A stretch of 64,000 nucleotides of DNA from an uncultured Solirubrobacterales bacterium (GTDB lineage Bacteria > Actinomycetota > Thermoleophilia > Solirubrobacterales > JBBDJG01): positions 11,777 to 75,776 of the forward strand of contig CAVSXO010000025.1 of assembly GCA_963731895.1 (NCBI GenBank), read 5' to 3'. The position numbers and the translations under genes were made by a program. The notes beneath the pieces are model-generated. The model saw only the letters and a program-made list of their open reading frames with translations. It was not told the origin of the DNA and made no database searches. Of the stretch, positions 1 to 9,820 are shown piece by piece (the first letter of the stretch is position 1; every line of letters starts with the position of its first letter).

Positions 1-2
1 GC

Positions 3-935
3 ATCACGCCGATCGGCGTCGGCTCCGACTACGGCGGCTCGATCCGGGTGCCCGCGCACTTCAACGGGGTCGTCGGGCTGCGCCCCGGACGCTGGGTCGT
101 CCCGTACGCGGGCCACTTCCCGCACGCGCAGGCGATGACCGTCCAGCTCTGGTCGGAGATCGGGCCGATGGCGCGCTACGTGGACGACCTCCAGCTCCTG
201 CTGCCGATCTTCGCGCAGCCGGACCCGACACGCGACCCCGACGTGATGCCCCACCGGGTGCAGCCCGACCAGCCCCAGGAGCTCGGCATCGCGGTGTTCA
301 GCGAGGACGGCCTGTGCCCGGTGCACCCCGCCCTCAGCGACGCGGTCGCGCGGGCCGGCAATGCGCTCGCCGAGCGCGGCCACGAGGTCGTCGAGGAGCG
401 CCCACCCCACCAGTCCGACATCCGCGAGATCTTCGAGGGGCTCGCGCTGGCCGAGACCGCCGCCCTGCTGGGCCGGTGGCGGAGCCGCGGAAGGACGAGC
501 TGTCGCCCCAGATCCAGCGGCTCTTTCGCCGCGTGGAGCGCGCGGACACGAGCCTTGCCGGTTATGCCGGCCGCCTCGCTGCGCGCGTCGACCTCGAGCG
601 GGCCGTGTGCGCGTGGCTCGAGCGGCACCCGATCGCGGTCTGCCCCGTGTCGGCCACGCCCGGCCTTCCCGCTCGGCACCGAGACGCTCGATATCGAGGG
701 CCGCGAGTACGAGGAGGTCGACCTGTTCTCGCTCTCGACCTTCGTGAACGCGATGGGCCTGCCCGCCGCGGCCGTGCCGGTCGGCCGGACGGACGACGGC
801 CTGCCGATCGCGGTCCAGGTGATCGGCCGCCGCTACCGCGAGATGGAGGTCCTCGCGATCGCGAAGGAGCTGGAGGAGGCCTTCGGCGGCTGGATCGAGC
901 CGGACCTCGCCCGCGCAGGCGCTTACCCGGTGTAG
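3..935 (+). pseudogene. amidase-signature family amidase, 5' end cut by the window edge, two internal frame changes
   Basis: Frame-3 translation from nt 3 gives ITPIGVGSDYGGSIRVPAHFNGVVGLRP (amidase signature region). The C-terminus reads FVNAMGLPAAAVPVGRTDDGLPIAVQVIGRRYREMEVLAIAKELE. The middle (~475-660) only makes sense in the frame of ORF 314..1120 (ELSPQIQRLFRRVERADTSLAGYAGRLAARVDLERAVCAWLERHPIAVCPVSATP). Confidence 0.75.
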
Positions 936-1025
936 CATCCCCTTCAGGGAGGTGCTCGAACGAGACGGATCCGCTTTCGTCGGTGTGTTGGAGCGCTCGG
1001 ATGCATAGGGGCGCTGTGGCTCGGC

Positions 1026-3668
1026 ATGTCGAGCACGGCCGCGGCGACCGTCCCGCCCAATTTCGAGGACCGGCTGCTCGCCCAGGCTCGCTTTCCGACC
1101 GGGCTCGCGTTCACACCTGACGGCCGTCTCCTGATCACCATCAAGACAGGCGCCGTGCTCGTGTACGCGGACGGAGCCTTGCGCTCATCGCCCGCGCTGG
1201 ACCTCGCGTCGCAGCTCTGTGCAGACCTCGAGCGCGGCCTCGCCGGCGTGGCGGTCGACCCCAGCTTCCCCGACTCGCACCACGTCTACCTCTATTACAC
1301 GTACGACAAGGGGACGGACAGTTGTGGGACCGACCGCAACGATCCCGCCTCGACGCCGGTGAACCGCATCTCACGCTTCGTGCTCGGCAACGACGACACG
1401 ATCGATCCCGCGTCGGAGACCGTGCTGATCGACAACATCCCCTCGCCGGTCGGGTATCACAACGGGGGCGACCTCCACTTCGGGAAGGACGGCTATCTGT
1501 ACGCCACCGTCGGCGACGGCGGCTGTGACTACTCCCTGGCGACCGGCTGCGCGTCCTTCAATGGAGCCGCCCGGTACCGGCACGCGCTCCTCGGCAAGAT
1601 CCTGCGGATCACCTCGGACGGCGACGTGCCGCCCGACAATCCCTACACCGGCCCGGGCACGACGCGCTGCAACCGTACCGGGCATGTCGCCCCCGGGCTG
1701 TTCTGCCAGGAGATCTACGCATCCGGGCTGCGTAACCCGTTCCGGTTCGCGTTCGACGAGGGCGCCCCGGCGACCCGCTTCTTCATCAACGACGTCGGGC
1801 AGACGAGCTGGGAGGAAATCGACGAGGGCGTGCGAGGAGCCGACTACGGCTGGAACCTGCGGGAGGGCCACTGCGTGACCGACTCGACGACCGACTGCGG
1901 CCCGCCCCCCGCCGGCCTCACGAACCCGATCTTCGACTACGGCCGCTCGAACGGTTGCACCGCGGTGACCGCGGGCGCGTTCGTGCCACGGGGCGTGTGG
2001 CCCGCACAGTACGAGCGCAGCTACCTGTTCGCCGACTTCGTCTGCAACAAGATCTTCCAGCTCGCCCGGGACGGCTCGGGAGCGTACAGCGCGACCGAGT
2101 TCGCATCGGATACCGCCGTGGCGGTGACCGCGATGACGTTCGGGCCCCCCGCCTCCCCGGCGGATCTCTACTACGTCACCTGGGGAGGCGCGGCCGGCCT
2201 GCGCCGGTTGAGGTTCACGGGCGGTGCGAATCGCTCGCCGATCGCGGTCGCGCAAGCCGCGCCGACGAACGGCTCCCTGCCGCTCGACGTGCGCTTCGAC
2301 GCGAGTTCCAGCAGCGATCCCGACGACGACGCCCTCACCTACCGATGGGACTTCGGTGACGGCTCGCCGGTTGCGACCGAACCCGTCGTCATCCACCGCT
2401 ACGCGACGGCGGGCACGTACACGGCCACGCTGCTCGTGCGCGACCCGAGTGGAGCCGAGGATTCCCAGACCGTGCGGATCGATGCCGGCAACCTGCCCCC
2501 GGCCCCGCAGATCTCCAGCCCGACGTCCGGCACGCTCTTCAGCGTGCGGCAGGCGATCACGCTGACCGGCAGCGCGACGGATCCCGAGAACGGCACGCTG
2601 CCCAACTCGGCACTCAGCTGGGAGGTGGTCAAGCACCACGCCAGCCACACGCACCCGTACCTTCCTCCCACGACCGGCAACGGCCTGTCGATCCTCGCGC
2701 CGGAGCCCGAGGACTTCGCCTCGACCACCAACAGCTACCTCGAGGTCCGCCTGACCGCGACCGACTCGCGGGGGCTCGCCAGCACGGTGGGCCGGGCCGT
2801 GCGACCGGCTCTTGTGAACCTTGCGTTCGCAACCAATCCGGCCGGCCTCCGCCTCGAGCTGAACGGCGCCACCGCCCCACCCTCCCTGACGTCATGGAAG
2901 GGCTGGCAGCTGGCCCTCGGCGCCCCCGAGCCCCAGTTCGACGGGCAGGGCCGGGGACAGACCTTTGTCTCGTGGTCCGATGGCGGCGCCCGGGTGCATC
3001 CGATCACCACCCCCGCGTCTTCGCAGACCTACACCGCCACCTTCACCCCGAGGTACGCGCGGCCCAAGGCGGCACACCGGATCGACGTGCCGCTGGTGCC
3101 CGCCTACGGCCAGTGCACGAGCGCCAACCGCATCCACGGTCCCCCGCTCGCTCAGCCCTCCTGCCACCCCCCGGTCCCGGCGTCGCCCAACACGACGGTC
3201 GGGACGCCGGATGCGAACGGCTTCCCCGCCAACTCGACCGGCAGCGCGCGCTTTGTGGTCGTGCGGGGGAACCCCTCCACAGCTGCAAACGAGGCCGACA
3301 TGCGCATCGAGGTCTCGATCACCGATGTGATCGACCTCCTGCGCGGCGCGGACTACTACGTCGGGGACCTGCGGACCGTGATCGACGCCCGGATCACCGA
3401 CCGCCACAATGGCCCGGCGTCGGACAGCGCCACGACCACCGGCTTTCCATGGTCGGTCGACATGCCGTGCAGGCCTGATATCGGCACCGGAGCAAGCACG
3501 TGCAGCGTCGTCACGACCGCGAACAGCCTCATCCCCGGGGCCGTGATCGAGAGCAAGCGGGCGATCTGGAGCCTCGGTTCGGTGAAGGTACTCGACGGAG
3601 GCCCGGACGGGGACGTGTCCACCGACGACAACGGCCTCCTCGCCACCCAGGGCATCTTCGTCCCCTGA
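1026..3668 (+). CDS. PQQ-dependent sugar (glucose/sorbosone) dehydrogenase-like beta-propeller protein with PKD domain and a long C-terminal extension
   Basis: Intact 880-aa ORF. N-terminal motifs GLAFTPDGRLLIT and HNGGDLHFGKDGYLYATVGDGG are typical of the SGDH propeller family. A PKD-like segment follows (LDVRFDASSSSDPDDDALTYRWDFGDGS...YATAGTYTATLLVRDPSGAEDS). No obvious signal peptide at the annotated ATG. Confidence 0.75.
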   Translation: MSSTAAATVPPNFEDRLLAQARFPTGLAFTPDGRLLITIKTGAVLVYADGALRSSPALDLASQLCADLERGLAGVAVDPSFPDSHHVYLYYTYDKGTDSCGTDRNDPASTPVNRISRFVLGNDDTIDPASETVLIDNIPSPVGYHNGGDLHFGKDGYLYATVGDGGCDYSLATGCASFNGAARYRHALLGKILRITSDGDVPPDNPYTGPGTTRCNRTGHVAPGLFCQEIYASGLRNPFRFAFDEGAPATRFFINDVGQTSWEEIDEGVRGADYGWNLREGHCVTDSTTDCGPPPAGLTNPIFDYGRSNGCTAVTAGAFVPRGVWPAQYERSYLFADFVCNKIFQLARDGSGAYSATEFASDTAVAVTAMTFGPPASPADLYYVTWGGAAGLRRLRFTGGANRSPIAVAQAAPTNGSLPLDVRFDASSSSDPDDDALTYRWDFGDGSPVATEPVVIHRYATAGTYTATLLVRDPSGAEDSQTVRIDAGNLPPAPQISSPTSGTLFSVRQAITLTGSATDPENGTLPNSALSWEVVKHHASHTHPYLPPTTGNGLSILAPEPEDFASTTNSYLEVRLTATDSRGLASTVGRAVRPALVNLAFATNPAGLRLELNGATAPPSLTSWKGWQLALGAPEPQFDGQGRGQTFVSWSDGGARVHPITTPASSQTYTATFTPRYARPKAAHRIDVPLVPAYGQCTSANRIHGPPLAQPSCHPPVPASPNTTVGTPDANGFPANSTGSARFVVVRGNPSTAANEADMRIEVSITDVIDLLRGADYYVGDLRTVIDARITDRHNGPASDSATTTGFPWSVDMPCRPDIGTGASTCSVVTTANSLIPGAVIESKRAIWSLGSVKVLDGGPDGDVSTDDNGLLATQGIFVP

Positions 3669-3922
3669 GCCAGCTCCGGACCCGGAACGCCAGACCAGTC
3701 AGCCCCCACTCACGGCCCGTTGGACACGCTGTCTGACTTACGCGGCGAAGGGCACGGCGACGCACTACCATTGTGGGAGTCGAGTGCTTGGCTGAACGCG
3801 GCGCATTTGCGTCGAGTTGGAGGGGCAGCATTCCGCTCGGTCGGGAGCGGCCAGAGGCACCCGCGGACAGGGTTTTCGCGGTGGGCTCCCGCCAGCGGTC
3901 ATGAACGCCCCCATCCGAGCCG

Positions 3923-4909
3923 ATGGGACAAGAGGCGAATTCAAGTTTGGGGCAGCAGCAAACCATGACGAGTGCGCGTTGCTCGATAGTCATCCCTGTG
4001 CACAACAAGGCGGCCCTGACCCGCCAGTGCCTCGATGCCATATACGAGCACCCGCCCGCAGTGGATCACGAGATCCTCGTGGTGGATGACGCGTCCACGG
4101 ACGAGACGGCCGAGATGCTCGCCGGGTACGGCGACGCCGTGCAGCATCTGCGCCTCGACCGCAACGCCGGATTCGCCACCGCCTGCAACACCGGGGCGGC
4201 CGCGGCCAAGGGCGAGTACCTGGTCTTCCTCAACAACGACACGATCGCTCAGCCGGGGTGGCTCGACGCCCTCGTGGCGTACTCCGACGAGCACGGCGTG
4301 ACGGCCGTCGGCAGCAAGCTGCTGTACCCCGACGGCAGCGTGCAGCATGCCGGCGTCGTCTTCAGTCCCCTCGGGGACCCGCTGCACATCTACGCCGGCT
4401 TTCCGGCGGACCATCCGGCCGTCAACAAGTCGCGCCCGTTCCAGGCCGTCACGGCAGCATGCGTGCTCGTCCGGCGGGAGGCATTCGAGGAGGTCGGAGG
4501 CTTCGACACCGGCTACCAGAACGACCTCGAGGACGTGGACCTCTGCCTGCGTCTTGGGCAGAGCGGCCACGCGGTCCACTACTGCCACACGAGCCTGCTC
4601 TACCACCTGGAGTCCGCCTCGCGCGGCCAGCGCAACCGCCCGAAGCACTCGGCGCGCGTGTATCGCGAGCGCTGGGGCCGGTGCGTGCGCCACGACGAGC
4701 TCGTCTACTACGTCGAGGACGGGCTGCTCGAGCTGTTGCGAGCCCCGAACCAGCTCAGGAAGCCCTGGATCCGATGGAGAACGGAAGCGCATCTCGTGCA
4801 CAAGCGCATGGACCAGATTCTCGACCTGTTGCGCGACACGGCGCGTGCCGCCGTGTACGAGGGCGGAAACGGCGATCGGGGGCACGTCCAGGCGCCTCAC
4901 CTCGCGTGA
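3923..4909 (+). CDS. family 2 glycosyltransferase (GT-A fold)
   Basis: Intact ORF with CSIVIPVHNKAALTRQCLDAI...ILVVDDASTDET...RNAGFATACNTGA...LVFLNNDT (GT2 DxD/NAG signature). An alternative ATG at 3965 lies just before the IVIPVHN strand. Confidence 0.85.
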   Translation: MGQEANSSLGQQQTMTSARCSIVIPVHNKAALTRQCLDAIYEHPPAVDHEILVVDDASTDETAEMLAGYGDAVQHLRLDRNAGFATACNTGAAAAKGEYLVFLNNDTIAQPGWLDALVAYSDEHGVTAVGSKLLYPDGSVQHAGVVFSPLGDPLHIYAGFPADHPAVNKSRPFQAVTAACVLVRREAFEEVGGFDTGYQNDLEDVDLCLRLGQSGHAVHYCHTSLLYHLESASRGQRNRPKHSARVYRERWGRCVRHDELVYYVEDGLLELLRAPNQLRKPWIRWRTEAHLVHKRMDQILDLLRDTARAAVYEGGNGDRGHVQAPHLA

Positions 4910-5815
4910 GCGACGCCGGCTCAGAAAAGACATCCGGCAGGCCGCCCGCGACCTGGCCAGGTCCGTTGGGGAAGCCCCGCCTGGGAGAGCTGCTCGCCGA
5001 GCAGCAGATGGAGGTCGCGGAGGAGGCTCACGAGGAGGCCCATGAAGGGGAGGCCGGCGATCGCAGCGGAGGCGCGCCGCTCCTACGCCTGACGCTCCGA
5101 AGGACACGTACGAAAAGCTCGTGGAGGACATCGTCGCCACGCTTGACCGGGTGCTCCCTCCAAATGCCAACGTGTTGGTGGTGAGCAAGGGTGACGACCG
5201 GCTGCTTCAGGTTCCCGGCAGGCGGTGTTCGCACTTCCCGCAGGACGAAGGTGGCGGCTACCTGGGCTATTACCCGAAGAACGGGGGCGACGCCCTGGAG
5301 CTGCTCGAGACGGCTCAGAACGCCGGCGCGGAGTTCTTCGTGCTGCCTGCGACAGCCATGTGGTGGCTCGATCAATACCCGGAGCTGGCCGAGCGGCTGG
5401 GTCAGGCCCAGCCGGTGGTGGACCAGCCCGATCTCTGCCTTGTCTTCGGACTGGCCGACGACATGCTCTCCGACGTCGTCAGGAGCCTGCTGCCGGAGAA
5501 TGCCCGCCTGGCCGTGGTGGCCGGGCCGTCCGGCCTCGGCATGCGCAATGTGATGCTCTTCCCGAATGACCTCAGCGAGGACCAGGCCGTGGAGCACGTG
5601 GACCGACTGACCGCGACCGGGATCCAATTCCTGGTCGTGCCGCGCGATGCGTTCGGATGGCTCGCCGCCCAGCCCCGCCTCGAGGAGCACCTGCGCACCG
5701 CAGCACAGGTTCGTCACGCGCCAGAGTCACGCCTGCGAGATCTACGAGCTCGTGTCCGCGCGACTGCAGGATCGCGGAGCTCGACCAGGCCGAAGCAGCT
5801 GCGGCAGCGCAATGA
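4906..5815 (+). pseudogene. conserved hypothetical protein of glycosylation loci (VVSKGDDRLL...HFPQDEGGGY...FFVLPATAMWWLDQYPEL type), several frame changes
   Basis: The solid core is ORF 5121.. (LPPNANVLVVSKGDDRLLQVPGRRCSHFPQDEGGGYLGYYPKNGGDALELLETAQNAGAEFFVLPATAMWWLDQYPELAERL). The 5' end is inferred from a GTGA overlap with the GT2 stop at 4906-4909. The 3' end is inferred from a third-frame tail (...AELDQAEAAAAAQ*) whose TGA overlaps the next ATG (ATGA at 5812-5815). Boundaries are uncertain. Confidence 0.4.
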
Positions 5816-7141
5816 CTCCCACGAAGGTTCTCTTGGTCAGCCACAATCACCCGAAGCTGCTGGCAGGAGGGGTCGAGGTGTACATGGCCGGCCTGTACGA
5901 AGGGCTCCGCGCCTCGCCGGAGTTCGAGCCGATGATCCTCGCGCGGGCCGGGAAGCCCTTCACGCCCACCGATGCCGTGCACGAGGACAGCCCGTTCGCG
6001 ATGGTCGGCACGGACCCCAACCAGTACCTGCTCTACACGGACATCGAGGACTTCGACTATTTCGCAGGGACTCTCGGACGTCGAAGGATGTGCTGTCGGA
6101 GCACTTCCGCGACTTCCTGCTGAGCCACCGGCCGGACGTCGTCCACTTCCAGCACACCGCGTACCTCGGGCTACGACATGGTCCGGGTCGCGCGCAACAC
6201 GCTGCCCGACGCCGCGATCGTCTACTCGCTGCACGAGTACCTGCCGATCTGCCACCGCAACGGCCAGATGGTTCGCGCGAAGAATGACGAGCTGTGCGAG
6301 CTCGAGTCCCCGCGCCGCTGCAACGAGTGCTTTCCCGACATCACGCCGCAGGACTTCTTCATGCGCAAGCTGTTCGCCCAGTCGCATCTCGAGCCTCGTG
6401 GACCGGTTCACCGCACCGAGCGACTACGTGAAGCAGCGCTATGTCGACTGGGGCATCCCGGCGTCGAAGATCGTCGTGAAGGGCTATCCGGCCCTGCCGC
6501 GCACGGGCGTCCCACGTGCGGGCGCCGCAGGCCCGCAACCGGTTCGCCTATTTCGGTCAGCTCAACCCCTACAAGGGCGCCGACGTGCTGCTGCGCGCGA
6601 TGGATCTGCTCGGCGAGGGCTTCGACGGCCACCTGTGGATCTGGGGAGCGAATCTCGAAAAGCAGAGTCCGGATGTGGCGCGAGCGGTTCGAGGACGCTG
6701 CTGGCGGTCGAGCGGGACACCGTCACGTTCGCCGGCGGGTACGAGCACGCCGAGCTCGCGCAAGCTGATGGCAGCGGATCGACTGGGTGATCGTCCCGTC
6801 GATCTGGTGGGAGACCGGGCCGATCGTGGTCTGGGAGGCGTTCCAGCACGGACGGCCGGTGATCTGCAGCGACATCGGCGGCATGTCGGAGAAGGTCACC
6901 GATGGCGTCAACGGACTGCACTTCCGCACCGGCAACGCCGACGACCTGGCGGCCGCGATGCAGACGAGCCGTGGAGACGCCCGGGCTCTGGGAGCAACTC
7001 CATGCCGGCATCCCCGCGCAGCCCGGCCACTCGATGGCGCGAGGACGTCGAGATTCTGAGCGCCATCTACCGGGACGCGCTGGCCGAGCGCGGCGGCGGC
7101 GCGGAGCACCGCAGGCTCGCAGGAGGTGCGCCGGTGGCTAA
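5812..7141 (+). pseudogene. GT-B fold (GT4-like) glycosyltransferase, paralog 1 of 5, about eleven frame changes
   Basis: Pieces lie in alternating frames. They read MTPTKVLLVSHNHPKLLAGGVEVYMAGLYEGL..., SKDVLSEHFRDFLLSHRPDVVHFQHTAYLG, VRVARNTLPDAAIVYSLHEYLPICHRNGQMVRAKNDELCELESPRRCNECFP, LVDRFTAPSDYVKQRYVDWGIP, NRFAYFGQLNPYKGADVLLRAMDLLGEGFDGHLWIWG and IDWVIVPSIWWETGPIVVWEAFQHGRPVICSDIGGMSEKVTDGVNGLHF. The stop TAA at 7139-7141 overlaps the next start. Confidence 0.8.
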
Positions 7142-8481
7142 GCCGCGCGTGCTCTACGTCCTGCTCGAACCATCCCACCGTCCGGCCGGGCGGCCTCGAG
7201 CTGTATGCGCTCGACCTGTACGAGGCGGTCCGGGACGCGGGACGACTTCGAGCCGTGTCTGCTTGCGCGCACCGGGCCGCCGTTCACCACCGCGCCGCCG
7301 CAGCACCCCGATTCGGCTCTCACCATGGTCGGCGGACGACCCGAACCAGTACCTGTTCACGAATGGCATCGCACCCGACCTGTCGAACTACGACGCGCTG
7401 TTCGGCATCACGCCGGACCCAGGAGACGTCCACCGGCGTTCGCCGACTTCCTGCGCGACGTGCAGCCCGACATCGTGCACTTCCAGCACACCCTGTTCCT
7501 GGGCTACGACCTGATCCGAGTGGCCCGCAACACGCTGCCCGACGCGCCCGATCGTCCTGATCGTTGCACGAGTACATTCCGATCTGCCACCGAGACGGCC
7601 AGATGGTGCGCACGATGAACGAAGAGCTGTGCGAGGAGGAGTCGCCACGCCGCTGCCACGAGTGCTTCCCCGACGATCAGCTCCGCAGACGTTCTACATG
7701 CGCAAGCGCTTCATCCAGTCCCATCTCGGCCTGGTCGACTGCTTCATCGCGCCCAGCGACTACGTCAAGCAGCGGTATGCCGAGTGGGGCATTCCCGCAC
7801 GACAGGATCGTGGTCGAGCCGTTCAGGGTTCACGCCGGCCGGCCGACGCGAGCCCGAGATGCCGCCGAGCCATCGCGCCCGGAACCGCTTCGCCTTCTTC
7901 GGCCAGCTCAACCCATACAAGGGCGCCGACGTGCTGCTGCGCGCGATGGACATCCTCGGCGAGGACTTCGACGGGGAGCTGCGCATCTACGGCGGCGAAC
8001 CTCGAGATGCAGGATCCGCGCTGGCAGGAGCGCTTCGCAGACGCTGCTGCACGAGCGCGACAACGTGACCTTCGCCCGGCGCTACGACCGTGACGACCTC
8101 GGGCAAGCTGATGGCGCAGGATCGACTGGGTGGTGGTTCCCTCGATCTGGTGGGAGACCGGCCCGCTCGTGGTGTGGGAGGCCTTCCAGCACGGGCGGCC
8201 GGTGATCTGCAGCGACATCGGCGGCATGTCGGAGAAGGTCACCGACGGCGTCAACGGCCTGCACTTCCGCAGGGGTGACGCCGATGACCTGGCGGAGACG
8301 ATGCTGCGCGCCGCCGAGACGCCCGGCCTTTGGGAACAGCTGCACGCGGGCATCCCGGACGCCGGCCGGCCACAGCATGAGCCGACCACGTGGCCATGCT
8401 GAGCGGCATCTACGGGCGTCTGCTCGCCGACGCAGGGCGCGGCCGGACGCGCCCGCGCAGCCGGAGGTCGCGCATGGCTAG
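7134..8481 (+). pseudogene. GT-B fold (GT4-like) glycosyltransferase, paralog 2 of 5, many frame changes
   Basis: AGGAGG-6 nt-GTG start at 7134. Collinear pieces read GGLELYALDLYEAVRDAG, DDPNQYLFTNG, FADFLRDVQPDIVHFQHTLFLGYDLIRVARNTLPDAP, HEYIPICHRDGQMVRTMNEELCEEESPRRCHECFP, FIAPSDYVKQRYAEWGIP, NRFAFFGQLNPYKGADVLLRAMDILGEDFDGELRIYG and MVVPSIWWETGPLVVWEAFQHGRPVICSDIGGMSEKVTDGVNGLHF. The stop TAG at 8479-8481 overlaps the next ATG. Confidence 0.8.
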
Positions 8482-9820
8482 GAAGCGCGCTTCTGTACGT
8501 CAGCTCCAACCATGCCGCGATCGCCCCGGGCGGGCTCGAGGCTACACCCTCGACCTGTACAACGCGATGCGCGAATCGGAGGAGTTCGAGCCGATCTTCC
8601 TCGCCCGCGCCGGGCAGCCCGTTCACCGAGCCACTTCTACTACCACGGCTGGTCGCCGTTCGTGATCCTCGAGAACGACCCCAACCAGTACCTCTTCTAC
8701 ACGGACACCTACATCGAGCTCGGGCAGTACGACCCGCTGTTCGGCAGGTGGGAGCACAAGGAGGTCCTGACGCGGTTCTTCCGCGACTTCCTGCTCGCGC
8801 ACGAGCCCGACATCGTGCACCTCCAGCACCTGAACTTCCTCGGCTACGACCTCGTGCGCGTCGTCAAGAACACCCTGCCGGACGTGCCGATCGTGTTCAC
8901 GCTGCATGAGTACGGGCCGATCTGCCACCGCGACGGCCAGATGGTGCGGACGTTCAACAGCGAGGCTGTGCCAGGAGGAGTCGCCGCGTCGCTGCAACGA
9001 GTGCTTCCCGGAGGTCAGCCCGCAGGACTTCTTCATGCGCAAGCAGTTCATCCAGTCCCACCTGAAGCTCGTCGACCTCTTCATCGCGCCCGACCGAGTA
9101 CGTCCGCGACCGCTACGTCGACTGGGGCATCCCGGCCGACCGGATCCAGGTCGAGCCGCAGGGCATGATGCCGGTCACCGACCGCGTGCCCGAGGAGCCG
9201 ACCTCGCGCCCGCGCAACCGCTTCGCGTTCTTCGGCCAGCTCAACCAGTACAAGGGCGCGGACGTGCTGCTGGATGCGATGGGGCATCCTGGGCGAGGAC
9301 TTCGACGGCCACCTGTGGATCCACGGCGCGAACTTCGACATCCAGCCGATCGAGTTCCGCGAAGCGGTCGACGGCACAGGCTGACAGGACGGCCGGGAGA
9401 ACGTCACGTTCGCCGGCCCCTACAAGCGCTCCGACCTCGGCAAGCTGATGGCGAACGTCGACTGGGTGGTCGTGCCGTCGATCTGGTGGGAGACCGGGCC
9501 GCTCGTCGTGATGGAGGCGTTCCAGTACGGTCGCCCGGTGATCTGCAGCGACATCGGCGGCATGTCGAAGCGGGTCACCGACGGCGTCAACGGCCTGCAC
9601 TTCAGGCGCCGCGACGCCGAGGACCTCGCCCGCAAGATGCAGCGGGCAGCCGAGACCCCGGGCCTGTGGGACGAGTTGCGCAACGAACATCCCGCCGGAC
9701 CCCCCGCGCTGGATGCATGACCACGCGCGGATCCTGACCGACGCGTACGCAGCGGCTCCTCGGCGAGAGCGGACCGGCCCGCGCCACCCGACGGAACCGA
9801 AGGAGGTCGCGCGTGCCTGA
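8474..9820 (+). pseudogene. GT-B fold (GT4-like) glycosyltransferase, paralog 3 of 5, many frame changes plus an in-frame TGA at 9382-9384
   Basis: GGAGG-6 nt-ATG start at 8474. Pieces read YTLDLYNAMRESEEFEPIFLARAG, ILENDPNQYLFYTDT...FFRDFLLAHEPDIVHLQHLNFLGYDLVRVVKNTLPDVPIVFTLHEYGPICHRDGQMVRTFN, EESPRRCNECFPEVSPQDFFMRKQFIQSHLKLVDLFIAP, NRFAFFGQLNQYKGADVLLDAMG and VDWVVVPSIWWETGPLVVMEAFQYGRPVICSDIGGMSKRVTDGVNGLHF. The last frame ends ...EPKEVARA* at TGA 9818-9820. Confidence 0.75.

Larger units (their letters stand above)
5812..9820 (+). repeat. head-to-tail array of three ~1.34-kb paralogous units (the three GT4 genes) with conserved junction sequence
   Basis: The junctions are aggaggtgcgccGTGgctaa (7121-7141), ggaggtcgcgcATGgctag (8463-8481) and aggaggtcgcgcGTGcctga (9801-9820). 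A 50-nt run is identical in units 1 and 2 (6853-6902 = 8196-8245, cggccggtgatctgcagcgacatcggcggcatgtcggagaaggtcaccga). Unit 3 shares 33 nt of it. Confidence 0.85.

Noticed and set aside
5812-9820. Programmed ribosomal frameshifting or phase variation as the explanation for the broken GT4 array
   Set aside because: There is no recurring slippery heptamer or long homopolymer or SSR tract at the break points. The breaks are too numerous (about ten per gene). The same kind of damage affects essential single-copy genes elsewhere in the window.
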